This document shows, in pieces, positions 1-9,160 of a stretch of DNA of 64,000 nucleotides. The notes under the pieces are model-generated. The model saw only the letters and a program-made list of their open reading frames with translations, was not told the DNA's origin and ran no database searches. The first letter of the stretch is position 1. Each line of letters begins with the position of its first letter. Source of the DNA: an uncultured Bacilli bacterium (GTDB lineage: Bacteria; Bacillota_I; Bacilli_A; RF39; UBA660); NCBI GenBank assembly GCA_944372055.1, contig CALVYF010000003.1, positions 8,435-72,434 on the forward strand. The letters run 5' to 3'. The position numbers were made by a program, and so were the translations under genes.

Positions 1-1
1 T

Positions 2-277
2 CACACAACAGAAGGAATAGCATACATGAGATTTCTAGCTCCTATTTGCCTATTTCAATATATCCAGTCCCCACTTTCTTCCGCACTAGATGCCATGGGC
101 AAAAGCCGGGATGCTATGATAGCAACAGCAATAGGAGTAATCATAAGATCAACGCTTTTAGTAATACTATCCTTATTAAAAATAGGATTATGGGGACTAA
201 TCATTGCAATCTCAATCAATGTTTTAGCAGTAACTTTCTACTCATTAAAAAAAGTAAGACAACATCTTACTATTTAG
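2..277 (+). CDS. 3' end of a MOP-superfamily flippase (SpoVB/MurJ-like); 5' end lies outside the window
   Basis: The frame is open from the window edge. The hydrophobic C-terminal helices (AIGVIIRSTLLVILSLLKIGLWGLIIAISINVLAVTFY) resemble SpoVB/MurJ C-termini. TAG stop at 275-277. Confidence 0.5.
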   Translation, partial: HTTEGIAYMRFLAPICLFQYIQSPLSSALDAMGKSRDAMIATAIGVIIRSTLLVILSLLKIGLWGLIIAISINVLAVTFYSLKKVRQHLTI

Positions 278-542
278 TTTTATTTGAATGATTATTTTTG
301 CTCTTAGAAAAAACACGAACGGAAGAAAGACTCTGATCATAAAAAGTAATATTACCCTGAGTAGTACCACTCAACTTTTCAAATAATTCTGTATCAGAGA
401 TTCCCAAATCCTCTGTTAGCACATCAACCAAGGAAGGATCATCCGACAAGTTAGCAAGAATTTCATGAGAATAAGCCAACTTAGTCTGTTCCAAATTTCT
501 TAATCCCTGTGCATTCTTTATTTGTTTAGTAAAATTATCCAT
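270..542 (-). CDS. Small 90-aa protein, possible HigA/XRE-like antitoxin partner
   Basis: Its ATG overlaps the upstream stop in a TAATG junction at 540-544, which indicates translational coupling. The segment LTEDLGISDTELFEKLSGTTQGNITFYDQSL looks like a degenerate helix-turn-helix. Confidence 0.4.
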   Translation of the reverse strand: MDNFTKQIKNAQGLRNLEQTKLAYSHEILANLSDDPSLVDVLTEDLGISDTELFEKLSGTTQGNITFYDQSLSSVRVFSKSKNNHSNKTK

Positions 543-1318
543 TATTTTTTATCCCCCTTACCATCTCGCTTACCAGCTTTTAATTCTGATAAAATTTCAT
601 TTCGAATAACTTCATGTTCCATAATCAACAACTCTCTCTCATGAGAATCTTGAATTTTTTCTTTCAAAGCTTGAAATTCATCATTCGTATTACGACTACG
701 ATAAATCAAATCTTTTTGATCTAAAGAAGAATTATCATCCTTCTTCATTCTTGTCTGCATAACATAAACCATATCACCATCTAACACTCGGTAAACCAAT
801 CTAACTTTAAATTCTTTAATTTCATATAACCCAAATAACTTTTTATTATTAGTTAACTGTCTAACCTTTTCAGTATTAGACCCAAAATCTCCAAACTCTA
901 AAGTATCTAAAGTGTCTAATACTTTATCATAATATTCATTAGGAATTTCTTTCAAATCTTTTTGTAAAAATGTAGAACCAAAAGAAGTTTTAGCAAAAAT
1001 CAAATGACGTTTAGAACAAGTAGCCTGACTTTCTAAACCATCTTCACTCACTTGTTTCTTTACTGATTCTACTCTATGTTTACAAATATCAATCTTTTTC
1101 TTTAATAGTTCCACTTCTTCCAAAATATCAGGATCATTTCCTAAACTTTGAAACTCCTTACATTCAGCTACAAGCTTAGATATCAATCCTTCCATTAAAG
1201 GAAAAAAGCTTTGAAATTCAGGAGCCGGTAAAGCATCCATAATATCTTTTTCATCCTGCAATAAAAGAATAGATTCATAAAAAGAACTTCTCAACTGTTC
1301 TAACTTATCATCAGTCAT
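542..1318 (-). CDS. 258-aa protein with a central RelE/ParE(HigB/Gp49)-like toxin-fold segment flanked by helical extensions
   Basis: Residues ~103-195 (FLQKDLKEIPNEYYDKVLDTLDTLE...KKLFGLYEIKEFKVRLVYRVLDGDMVYVMQTRMKKDD) follow the RelE/ParE pattern. The N-terminal ~100 aa and C-terminal ~60 aa are charged and helical. Confidence 0.5.
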   Translation of the reverse strand: MTDDKLEQLRSSFYESILLLQDEKDIMDALPAPEFQSFFPLMEGLISKLVAECKEFQSLGNDPDILEEVELLKKKIDICKHRVESVKKQVSEDGLESQATCSKRHLIFAKTSFGSTFLQKDLKEIPNEYYDKVLDTLDTLEFGDFGSNTEKVRQLTNNKKLFGLYEIKEFKVRLVYRVLDGDMVYVMQTRMKKDDNSSLDQKDLIYRSRNTNDEFQALKEKIQDSHERELLIMEHEVIRNEILSELKAGKRDGKGDKK

Positions 1319-1445
1319 AAAATCTCTCCCACTACCTCAAATTATAATATAAATAGCTTATTTTGGCAAAAAAATCTTTTTTCTTTTATTTTTCACGCAA
1401 ATTACACATTATTTAGTATAATATTACTACAGGGAGGGATTTCAA

Positions 1446-2120
1446 ATGAAAATATTAGTTGTAGATGACGAAACTATGATTCGTGAAGTCATCAAAGAAT
1501 ATTGTACTGCTAATCACTTTACTACAGAGGAAGCAGCAAGTGGAAAAGAAGCTTTAAAAAAATTAGAACACAATACTTATGATTTAATGGTATTAGATAT
1601 TATGATGCCAGAAATGGACGGTTATACTTTGCTAGAAGAACTTCCTAAAGAAAAGAAAATCCCTACTCTTGTACTATCAGCAAGAGGAGAAGAAATAGAT
1701 AAACTTCGTGGATTTGAATTAGGAATTGACGACTATTTAACAAAACCATTCTCACCAAAGGAGTTAATAGCTCGTATCAAAGCAATATATAACCGAACAA
1801 ACCAAAATTTACCCAATATATATAAACTCAATACTCTCGAACTTAACTTTTCCGCCCACACTTTAAAAATAGATAATAAACTAATAAATATTACTCCAAA
1901 AGAATTTGAAATCCTTACCTATTTAATTAAAAATAAAGAGATTGCCATATCTAGAGAACAATTATTGTCAAAACTCTGGGGCTACGACTTCTTCGGAGAT
2001 GATCGTACAGTAGATACACACATCAAAATGCTTCGTAACAACCTAGGAAACTATAGAAATCATATCATCACAGTAAGAGGCACTGGATATAAATTTGTAG
2101 AAACAAATGAAAAAGAATAG
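1446..2120 (+). CDS. OmpR-family response regulator
   Basis: Receiver domain (MKILVVDDE...DLMVLDIMMPEMDG...KPF) plus a winged-helix C-terminus (TPKEFEIL...VDTHIKMLR...TVRGTGYKF). SD GGAGGG lies upstream. Confidence 0.92.
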   Translation: MKILVVDDETMIREVIKEYCTANHFTTEEAASGKEALKKLEHNTYDLMVLDIMMPEMDGYTLLEELPKEKKIPTLVLSARGEEIDKLRGFELGIDDYLTKPFSPKELIARIKAIYNRTNQNLPNIYKLNTLELNFSAHTLKIDNKLINITPKEFEILTYLIKNKEIAISREQLLSKLWGYDFFGDDRTVDTHIKMLRNNLGNYRNHIITVRGTGYKFVETNEKE

Positions 2121-3504
2121 TCTACATATAAAAATATGGCAATACTTTTTAATATTTTCGCTACTAATATTGGGATTCCTATGGGCATTCCAAGTTCTTT
2201 TTTTAAATCAATTTTATCGAATAAGTAAAACAAAAGATATCGCAGAGGTTGCGAATACACTGATTAAATATAAAAACAATGAAAATGTTGCGGATATTAT
2301 TGATCAACAAGCTATGGATAAAAGTGTTTGTATCGAAGTAGTAAATGAAAAAATAAATACCGTATACACTTCTATGTATTTTGGAAAAGGCTGTATTTCT
2401 AGTAAAGAACAAACTTTAAAATATAAAAATGATTTCATAAAAAGTAATAAAGTAAGACAAACCTATGAACTAATTAATCCAATGTATGATAACAGAACTC
2501 TCGTACAAGCAATTAAATTAGACTCTGAAAACTACGCCTTCATCAACACCTCTATGGACCCTATTGATGGAACTGTAGATATTCTACAAACACAATTAAT
2601 ATATGTAACAATTATTGTTTTAATATTATCATTTATCATTGCATACTTTATTTCAAAGCATATTTCTGAACCCATTGTTGAAATAAATAAAACCGCCAAA
2701 GGATTAGCAGAAGGAAAATTCGATGTATCCTTTCATACAGAAGAAGACATCTTAGAATTAAATGAACTTACAACAACACTAAATTATGCAAAAGATGAAT
2801 TAGAAAAAACAGACGAGTTAAGGCAAGATTTAATGGCCAACGTCTCCCACGACTTAAAAACCCCATTAACAATGATTAAAGCCTATGCTGAAATGAGTAA
2901 AGATCTTCACATAAAAGATAAAAAGAAACAAAAAGAAGACATGGATATTATTATAAGTGAAGTTGATCGCCTAACAATATTAGTAAATGATATATTAGAG
3001 CTATCTAAAATGCAATCAAATATCAATGAACTACAAAAAGAAGAATTTGACTTAATAGATTTAACAAAAGAAATTATTCATCAATACAAAATATTACAAG
3101 AAACAGAAAATTATAAGTTTACGTTTAACTATAACAAAAAAGAAATTATAATTAATGCTGATAAAAAGAAAATAGAACAAGTAATATATAATCTCATCAA
3201 TAATGCGATTAACTATACAGGAGAAGATAATACTGTCTTTATTAATATAGTAAAAGAAGAAAAAGATATCCTCGTAGAAATAAAAGATACTGGTAAAGGA
3301 ATCAAAGAAGAAGACTTACCTTATATCTGGGATAAATATTATAAAAATAAAAAGAAACACAAACGAAACTTAGTTGGTACTGGTCTAGGATTATCTATTG
3401 TAAAAAATGCTCTCCAATTACATAACTATGAATTTGGAGTTACCTCAGAGAAAAATAAAGGATCTTGTTTCTATTTTAAAATTCCCATAACAAAAGAAAG
3501 ATAA
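2107..3504 (+). CDS. Sensor histidine kinase (2 TM, HAMP, HisKA, HATPase_c)
   Basis: H-box SHDLKTPLT, N-box NLINNAINYT, G-boxes DTGKGI and GTGLGLSIV. Overlaps the response regulator gene by 14 nt. Confidence 0.92.
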   Translation: MKKNSLHIKIWQYFLIFSLLILGFLWAFQVLFLNQFYRISKTKDIAEVANTLIKYKNNENVADIIDQQAMDKSVCIEVVNEKINTVYTSMYFGKGCISSKEQTLKYKNDFIKSNKVRQTYELINPMYDNRTLVQAIKLDSENYAFINTSMDPIDGTVDILQTQLIYVTIIVLILSFIIAYFISKHISEPIVEINKTAKGLAEGKFDVSFHTEEDILELNELTTTLNYAKDELEKTDELRQDLMANVSHDLKTPLTMIKAYAEMSKDLHIKDKKKQKEDMDIIISEVDRLTILVNDILELSKMQSNINELQKEEFDLIDLTKEIIHQYKILQETENYKFTFNYNKKEIIINADKKKIEQVIYNLINNAINYTGEDNTVFINIVKEEKDILVEIKDTGKGIKEEDLPYIWDKYYKNKKKHKRNLVGTGLGLSIVKNALQLHNYEFGVTSEKNKGSCFYFKIPITKER

Positions 3505-3543
3505 AAAGCTCAGCTGAATAAACAGACTCAACTGAGCTTTTTA
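3505..3543 (+). terminator. Rho-independent terminator of the RR/HK operon
   Basis: Stem AAAGCTCAG (3505-3513) pairs with CTGAGCTTT (3532-3540), followed by a T-run. Confidence 0.7.
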
Positions 3544-3778
3544 TATACTAAATAGACAATGAAATCACAACAGTAGAAAACAGTCTAGGAAAAATCATTA
3601 CAATATATAAAATAAAAGATAGAAATCAAATAGATGATTTAAATCTATTCGTCATACCTCTTGAACAATTTTGTATTGTTTTTGAAAAATGTACATTAAT
3701 AATAACGATAGGTAAAATTGATTAATAAAGAAAATAATAATATATGAAAAAAAGAACTTTGAACTTTGTCAACACTAT

Positions 3779-3816
3779 GAAAAACATAAAGAAAATTAAT
3801 TCTTTATGTTTTTTTT
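3779..3816 (-). terminator. AT-rich hairpin terminator enclosing the stop codon of the 529-aa gene (could act in both directions)
   Basis: Stem AACATAAAGAA (3783-3793) pairs with TTCTTTATGTT (3800-3810). T-runs flank it on both strands. Confidence 0.5.
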
Positions 3817-5385
3817 AGTCGAATTTTCCTTCCTAATTCTCCATAACTCATCTGGTAAAATAGTATGTTGATTAACTTCAGCGTCAACAATACTATTATT
3901 ATACAAAACTATAGATTGCTTTATCATAGTACCTGACAAATTAACTCCAGTAAAATTAGTAGAATAATCAAACAATGCACCATATATAGAATCTGTTGAA
4001 GATTCAAAGAAACAACCTGATAAATCTCTATGATAAACTGTTTGAGGATCAAACTTACTACTCCTAATATTAGTATTTCTAAAATCCACTCCTCTAACAT
4101 CTACATTATCAAAAGATATACCACTTAAATCATAATACTCTAAATCATCTCTAAATTCCGAACGTATTACCCAGTGACCATCCTCATCATCTTCTACCAT
4201 CTTACATAAAATATCTTTTGTAATTGGCTGACGTTCTCCAAGTCTTTCATATAACTCTTGATTATCCTTCATCAATTTTACTATTTTTAAATTATTATGT
4301 ACCAACAATTGTTTTGTCCTATCAACAACTTTAAGTTCTTTAACTCTTTCTTTTTCTTTTCTTTTATCAAAGCGTTTCTTTCCTTCAATTAAATAATCTG
4401 TACCCTTATACTTTTCTAAATAATCAGCAAAGAAATCTGGCAAATCTTTTAAATATACTTTAAGATTAGGAAAGGTTTCAGAAATCATAAACTCCATTTC
4501 GGGAAAAAGCCTACTATCACTATCTTTAGTAACAATTTTTGAATCTTCGCAATTTAAAAAATCCCAATCAAGATAAAGAAAAGCATCCTGCAAGTGATAA
4601 TCTAAATCAAAACTAATAAAAAGATGCCCATAATAGTTCAAAGACTTTAAAGGAAAAAGAGGGACTTTATGCACAATAAGATTTATAGGAGATTCCTCAC
4701 TATAATAATTCAAGAAATGAGCCCATTCACCACTTATATCAGGGTCGTCTGAAACTTTTCTACTTTCCATGCGATAAAAAGGAAGAAAAGAAATTTCTAC
4801 AAAAGATTTTTCTGTTTCACTAGCACGAACTTTTTCAAGAAAAGGAACAGAAGAAACAGAACTATAATATAGACTCATTAATTTTTTTAAATCTTTTTGA
4901 TATTTGGGGTAAATATCATTAAAGACTCCTAATTTTTTATTTTTTAAATAAGAATTATGCATAAAATCTACGTATACTTCTTCTAATAAAAGTTGTTCTT
5001 GATGGTCGAACAATACTTTGGTAGAAACAGTTTCTTTACAACAATCTTTATATTCTCTTTGATACCAATACTTCTTCATATTTTCTGGTGTATTTATATC
5101 TTGACGCCACCTATCTTCAACCAAAGATAAAGATAACCGAACAGGATAAGATAATTCTCTAGATAACTTTCTCTCCAACTCATCTTTCGCATCATAAAAT
5201 TCCTTAAAATAATCGCTCAAATAAGATTGATATAAAATAATTACATCACGCAACGATAAACTAACTTCACCACGGACAAAATCTTTCGCTTCTTGAAATA
5301 CATTTCTTCTTTTAGAAAGAAAAATTAAATCTTGTATTTCTTTTTGAAGTTTTTGAAATGAAATTTCTTTTTTTTCATCAACCAT
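3796..5385 (-). CDS. 529-aa protein with a C-terminal pentapeptide-repeat domain; N-terminal ~400 aa unassigned
   Basis: The C-terminal run DLSGISFDNVDVRGVDFRNTNIRSSKFD...DLSGCFF...FTGVNLSGTMI fits the A(D/N)LXX pentapeptide pattern. SD AGGGGGA precedes the ATG. Confidence 0.6.
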   Translation of the reverse strand: MVDEKKEISFQKLQKEIQDLIFLSKRRNVFQEAKDFVRGEVSLSLRDVIILYQSYLSDYFKEFYDAKDELERKLSRELSYPVRLSLSLVEDRWRQDINTPENMKKYWYQREYKDCCKETVSTKVLFDHQEQLLLEEVYVDFMHNSYLKNKKLGVFNDIYPKYQKDLKKLMSLYYSSVSSVPFLEKVRASETEKSFVEISFLPFYRMESRKVSDDPDISGEWAHFLNYYSEESPINLIVHKVPLFPLKSLNYYGHLFISFDLDYHLQDAFLYLDWDFLNCEDSKIVTKDSDSRLFPEMEFMISETFPNLKVYLKDLPDFFADYLEKYKGTDYLIEGKKRFDKRKEKERVKELKVVDRTKQLLVHNNLKIVKLMKDNQELYERLGERQPITKDILCKMVEDDEDGHWVIRSEFRDDLEYYDLSGISFDNVDVRGVDFRNTNIRSSKFDPQTVYHRDLSGCFFESSTDSIYGALFDYSTNFTGVNLSGTMIKQSIVLYNNSIVDAEVNQHTILPDELWRIRKENSTKKNIKN

Positions 5386-5446
5386 AAAATCCCCCTACAC
5401 TTTTTCCATATTATAAACGAAAACAGAAAAAAAGACAATTAACTTT

Positions 5447-6364
5447 TTACAATTCGCCATTTAACATAGCCTCATCCATATCATCTAATAAATTTACTAA
5501 TTTATCAGCAAATACTTTACTCTCCATAAATTCTACACTAGTAGATGAATATAAAGACATAAAAGCAGTCTTTTCAAGAATAGGAACCAAAAATATTTGA
5601 TCACTAACAGTAACACGCAACACCATTTCATAGCAACTATTTTTATTCGCAGTAAGTCTTCCTCTCCTGTTACTTTTCTTCTCCCTGACTACCATATCAT
5701 CCAATAATAGTTCATAATTTTTAATGTCGGAAATATTATATTTATAATGAAACTCTTTCGTATGAAATACGATTTCACGATTTTGACCAATACTAATACC
5801 AGAACCAATATGATTGAGATAGAAAACAGTAGGAACAGTACCACAAAAAATCCCCAATTTCTTCTGTATTAATTCCTCACGATAATTTGCATCTTGAAAT
5901 AATTTAACAAAATCCAAAAGAACTTCATGAATACCATGAACATTAAAAAGCATATTACCAAGCAGTAAAGTTTTGGACAGCATCCCATTTTTAATAACAT
6001 CAACAGTCAAATCCTGATAATGATATTTCAAATACCCACCTTTATTAATAAGCCATAAATATTTTGTTGTTGCGACAAAATAAAACTTAATTCCAGTTTT
6101 GCACTCAGAAGCATAAAGACAAGAAAGACAAATCTCATCGATAGGAAGAAGGCCACGAATAAGTACAGCATCCCCTTCATTTAGATCTGAACACATATTC
6201 ATAAGATGCTTACAACTAATCGTTAATTTCTTCCTATCAACCGGAGTATAAGGATAAAACTTAGGAAGAAGAAACACTTTACCTAATAGTTCTTGATATC
6301 TAGCCCCCTCTTCCTGCATCTGTTGATACTTATCTTGAACTCCCTGAAAAAATTGTTTAAGCAT
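5447..6364 (-). CDS. Hypothetical 305-aa protein (possibly two PH-like/YokE-like halves)
   Basis: Long ORF with SD GAGGTGAGG. No catalytic motif recognised, and the PH-like assignment is only an impression. Confidence 0.5.
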   Translation of the reverse strand: MLKQFFQGVQDKYQQMQEEGARYQELLGKVFLLPKFYPYTPVDRKKLTISCKHLMNMCSDLNEGDAVLIRGLLPIDEICLSCLYASECKTGIKFYFVATTKYLWLINKGGYLKYHYQDLTVDVIKNGMLSKTLLLGNMLFNVHGIHEVLLDFVKLFQDANYREELIQKKLGIFCGTVPTVFYLNHIGSGISIGQNREIVFHTKEFHYKYNISDIKNYELLLDDMVVREKKSNRRGRLTANKNSCYEMVLRVTVSDQIFLVPILEKTAFMSLYSSTSVEFMESKVFADKLVNLLDDMDEAMLNGEL

Positions 6365-6446
6365 AATGCCTCACCTCAGACAAAACTTACGTTTCTCATT
6401 CTTAAACATAATACCATATGCAAAACTTTTTGTAAATTTAAAACAA

Positions 6447-8477
6447 CTAATTATAAATATATAATTCATGTTGTGCCCTAGTACAAGCCACATATAATAA
6501 ATTACGTTCATTACTCTTATATGAATTTTCTCGGTCATTATATAAAATTACACTATCAAATTCTAATCCCTTAGCTAAATATGCAGGAACCAAAATTAAG
6601 TCTCTTTTAAAGTTTTTAGTATCAAGTTTTACATAAGAAACAGATACATCATCTTTAATAAGATTAAAAATCTTTTCTGCTTCTTTATCATCTTTAGTTA
6701 TAATCGCAACACTAGAATAACTATTTTTTAAAGTATGGATATCTGAAATTAATTGTTCTTTTAAACTATCTAAATGTCTTCTAAAAACAACTGGTTTATG
6801 AGTATTCCTACGAATAACATTAACATGATTTAAATTTAAAATTTTATTTGTATACTCAATAATCTCTGGGGAAGAACGATAAGTTTTTAAAAGTTCCAAA
6901 TACTTACTATCATTTTTAAATATAGGTTTTAACTCCTCTAAAGAATCATAATGATAATAAGGATTAATATTTTGATTAACATCCCCTAAAATCGTAAAAT
7001 CACTTCTCGCAAAAATCTTGGAAATAATAATATATTGTAACTTATTATAATCCTGTGCTTCATCAATAACTACTTGCTTAATTTGTTGCTCATAAGGAAA
7101 GCCATCTAACACTCCTTTAATATAAGCAAATAATAAGGAATCTTCATAATATAAAGTTTTACGCTTAATAAATTTATCTATTTCTGTCTCTGTTAAGGTA
7201 ACCCTACAATAAGGACTAAGATAAAATCCTTTATAAATTTCTTTAAAATCACGCTTAAAATTAGCATGCTCTTTTAACAATTTACGAAAAGTGCCATTCT
7301 TCTTGCCACTACCACGATAAAAATTAGAAGACAACTTTTTAGCAATTTCATCTACTCTTTCAAATAAAGGTAATCTATCATACTTATAATGAAGTAAATG
7401 ATTAATTTCATCTTTATCTACATAATGGATTTCATCTTCATAAAAGGATTCTACAAACTCAGCATGTTCAATATAATCATTCAAATATAAATCTAAATCT
7501 TCAATAATTTCATCACTTTGTTTATATTTAATTAAATCAACATTAGGAACTTGATAAGTATAATACCTCGCAACAAAATCAGTAAATGCTTCCACTTCTT
7601 TGTATTCAGTAATGCTATAAGATAAATAATCATTAAAAGTTGTTTGAAGTGTATTATCTTCTCCTAAAGAAGGTAATACATCAGAAATATATTCCGTAAA
7701 AATAGGATTAGGAGAAAATATTAAAATGTTATTACTAGTCAAATTTTCCAAACGATATAATAAAAATGCAATTCTATGTAAAGCAACCGTTGTTTTTCCA
7801 CTTCCCGCAATTCCTTGAACAATTAGATTATGATCTTCTAAATTACGAATCACTTGATTTTGTTCTTGTTGGATTGTATTAACTACATTTTTCATCTTAT
7901 CACTAGACTCATGAGCCAACACTTCCTGTAACACCTCATCATCAATATTTAAAGAGTTATCAAAGACACCAACCAATTTACAATTTTCTATTTTATATTG
8001 CCTTTTTCTTTTTAATTCCCCAAAATATTCTCCTCCAGGTGCAATATAAGAACAAGGACCAACTTCATAGTCATAAAATAAACTACAAATTGGACTACGC
8101 CAATCATATAAAATATTATTAAAATTATCATCTTTTAAATAGGTAAGAGAAATATAAATATTCCAAATTTTGCCACGCTCATCTTTAAAAACAATAGATG
8201 CAAAATAAGGTTTCGTTTTAATCTGACATAATTTCTTAAAATAACGTTGCTTCTGTAATACTTTTTCGGCTTCTTGTTCAGTTGCTGCCATAACCTGACT
8301 CATTTCACCATCATCAAAACTACTAGAATTCTCCCACATCATCTTTTTAAATTCGACAAAGTCTTCCTCATCTTGATATACATCTTTTCCTAAGTCATCT
8401 AAAGTATCACCTAATAATTGTTGCACTTTAGATAAAATTTTTTCTTCTTTTAAATACTCATCTTTAGAAATTCCCAT
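6447..8477 (-). CDS. helD: HelD-type UvrD-like helicase (RNA polymerase recycling ATPase)
   Basis: N-terminal HelD signature (KPYFASIVF...IYISL...DWRSPICSLFYDYE). Walker A QGIAGSGKTTVALHRIAFLLY, Walker B VIDEAQDY, C-terminal GLEFDSVILY...LYVACTRAQHEL. SD AGGAGG. Confidence 0.8.
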   Translation of the reverse strand: MGISKDEYLKEEKILSKVQQLLGDTLDDLGKDVYQDEEDFVEFKKMMWENSSSFDDGEMSQVMAATEQEAEKVLQKQRYFKKLCQIKTKPYFASIVFKDERGKIWNIYISLTYLKDDNFNNILYDWRSPICSLFYDYEVGPCSYIAPGGEYFGELKRKRQYKIENCKLVGVFDNSLNIDDEVLQEVLAHESSDKMKNVVNTIQQEQNQVIRNLEDHNLIVQGIAGSGKTTVALHRIAFLLYRLENLTSNNILIFSPNPIFTEYISDVLPSLGEDNTLQTTFNDYLSYSITEYKEVEAFTDFVARYYTYQVPNVDLIKYKQSDEIIEDLDLYLNDYIEHAEFVESFYEDEIHYVDKDEINHLLHYKYDRLPLFERVDEIAKKLSSNFYRGSGKKNGTFRKLLKEHANFKRDFKEIYKGFYLSPYCRVTLTETEIDKFIKRKTLYYEDSLLFAYIKGVLDGFPYEQQIKQVVIDEAQDYNKLQYIIISKIFARSDFTILGDVNQNINPYYHYDSLEELKPIFKNDSKYLELLKTYRSSPEIIEYTNKILNLNHVNVIRRNTHKPVVFRRHLDSLKEQLISDIHTLKNSYSSVAIITKDDKEAEKIFNLIKDDVSVSYVKLDTKNFKRDLILVPAYLAKGLEFDSVILYNDRENSYKSNERNLLYVACTRAQHELYIYN

Positions 8478-8624
8478 ACTACCTCCTATTTATTCTTTAA
8501 AAACTAAGAAACGCCAAAAAACTACATAATCTATGCAGTCCCCCACTACTATGTAATTTTTAAGCAAACGTCTATTTCAATATAACATAATAAGATTGCT
8601 AATTCAAGAAAAAAACAAATAATC

Positions 8625-9104
8625 TTAATTTTTTCCAATTTGCTTACCTATTTTTTTATTACTAGATACAAATTGATTTCTAATTTCTAAACAAGATGAA
8701 ACAAAATCTAATGTAGCAGCAAACATATCACTAGATTCTTCAAATACATGAACTCTAGAATTATATGGAGCAACACGTTTACGACCAGACGGAGTCATAT
8801 AAGTAACCATTTTTCCCATAGGACATTCATCTACAAGATTTTGTGGATAAAACAACTGATATTCATTAGGAAACCTCAAAACTCTGCTCACTGGCTCAAA
8901 TGTTCCCAATATAAAGTGATATTCATCTAACTTTCTTTTTCCAGCCTCACGATATTCTAACGTAACTGTTGCTGAAATAGGATCCCCTTTGACAAGTTTA
9001 ATTTCTCCTACATCAAAAATATTAAAATACATATCTCCAACTATTTCTGGTATTTCTTTATTTTGTCTAAAAACAACATTGATTACTGGATAATCTTTTT
9101 CCAT
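8625..9104 (-). CDS. Hypothetical 159-aa protein
   Basis: ORF trimmed to the ATG at 9104 (MEKDYPVINVV...), with GGGAG 9 nt upstream. No motif recognised. Confidence 0.5.
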   Translation of the reverse strand: MEKDYPVINVVFRQNKEIPEIVGDMYFNIFDVGEIKLVKGDPISATVTLEYREAGKRKLDEYHFILGTFEPVSRVLRFPNEYQLFYPQNLVDECPMGKMVTYMTPSGRKRVAPYNSRVHVFEESSDMFAATLDFVSSCLEIRNQFVSSNKKIGKQIGKN

Positions 9105-9160
9105 AAAACAAAACTCCCAACACACGATTATAAAAATAATGAATAAATTAGGAATCCAGA

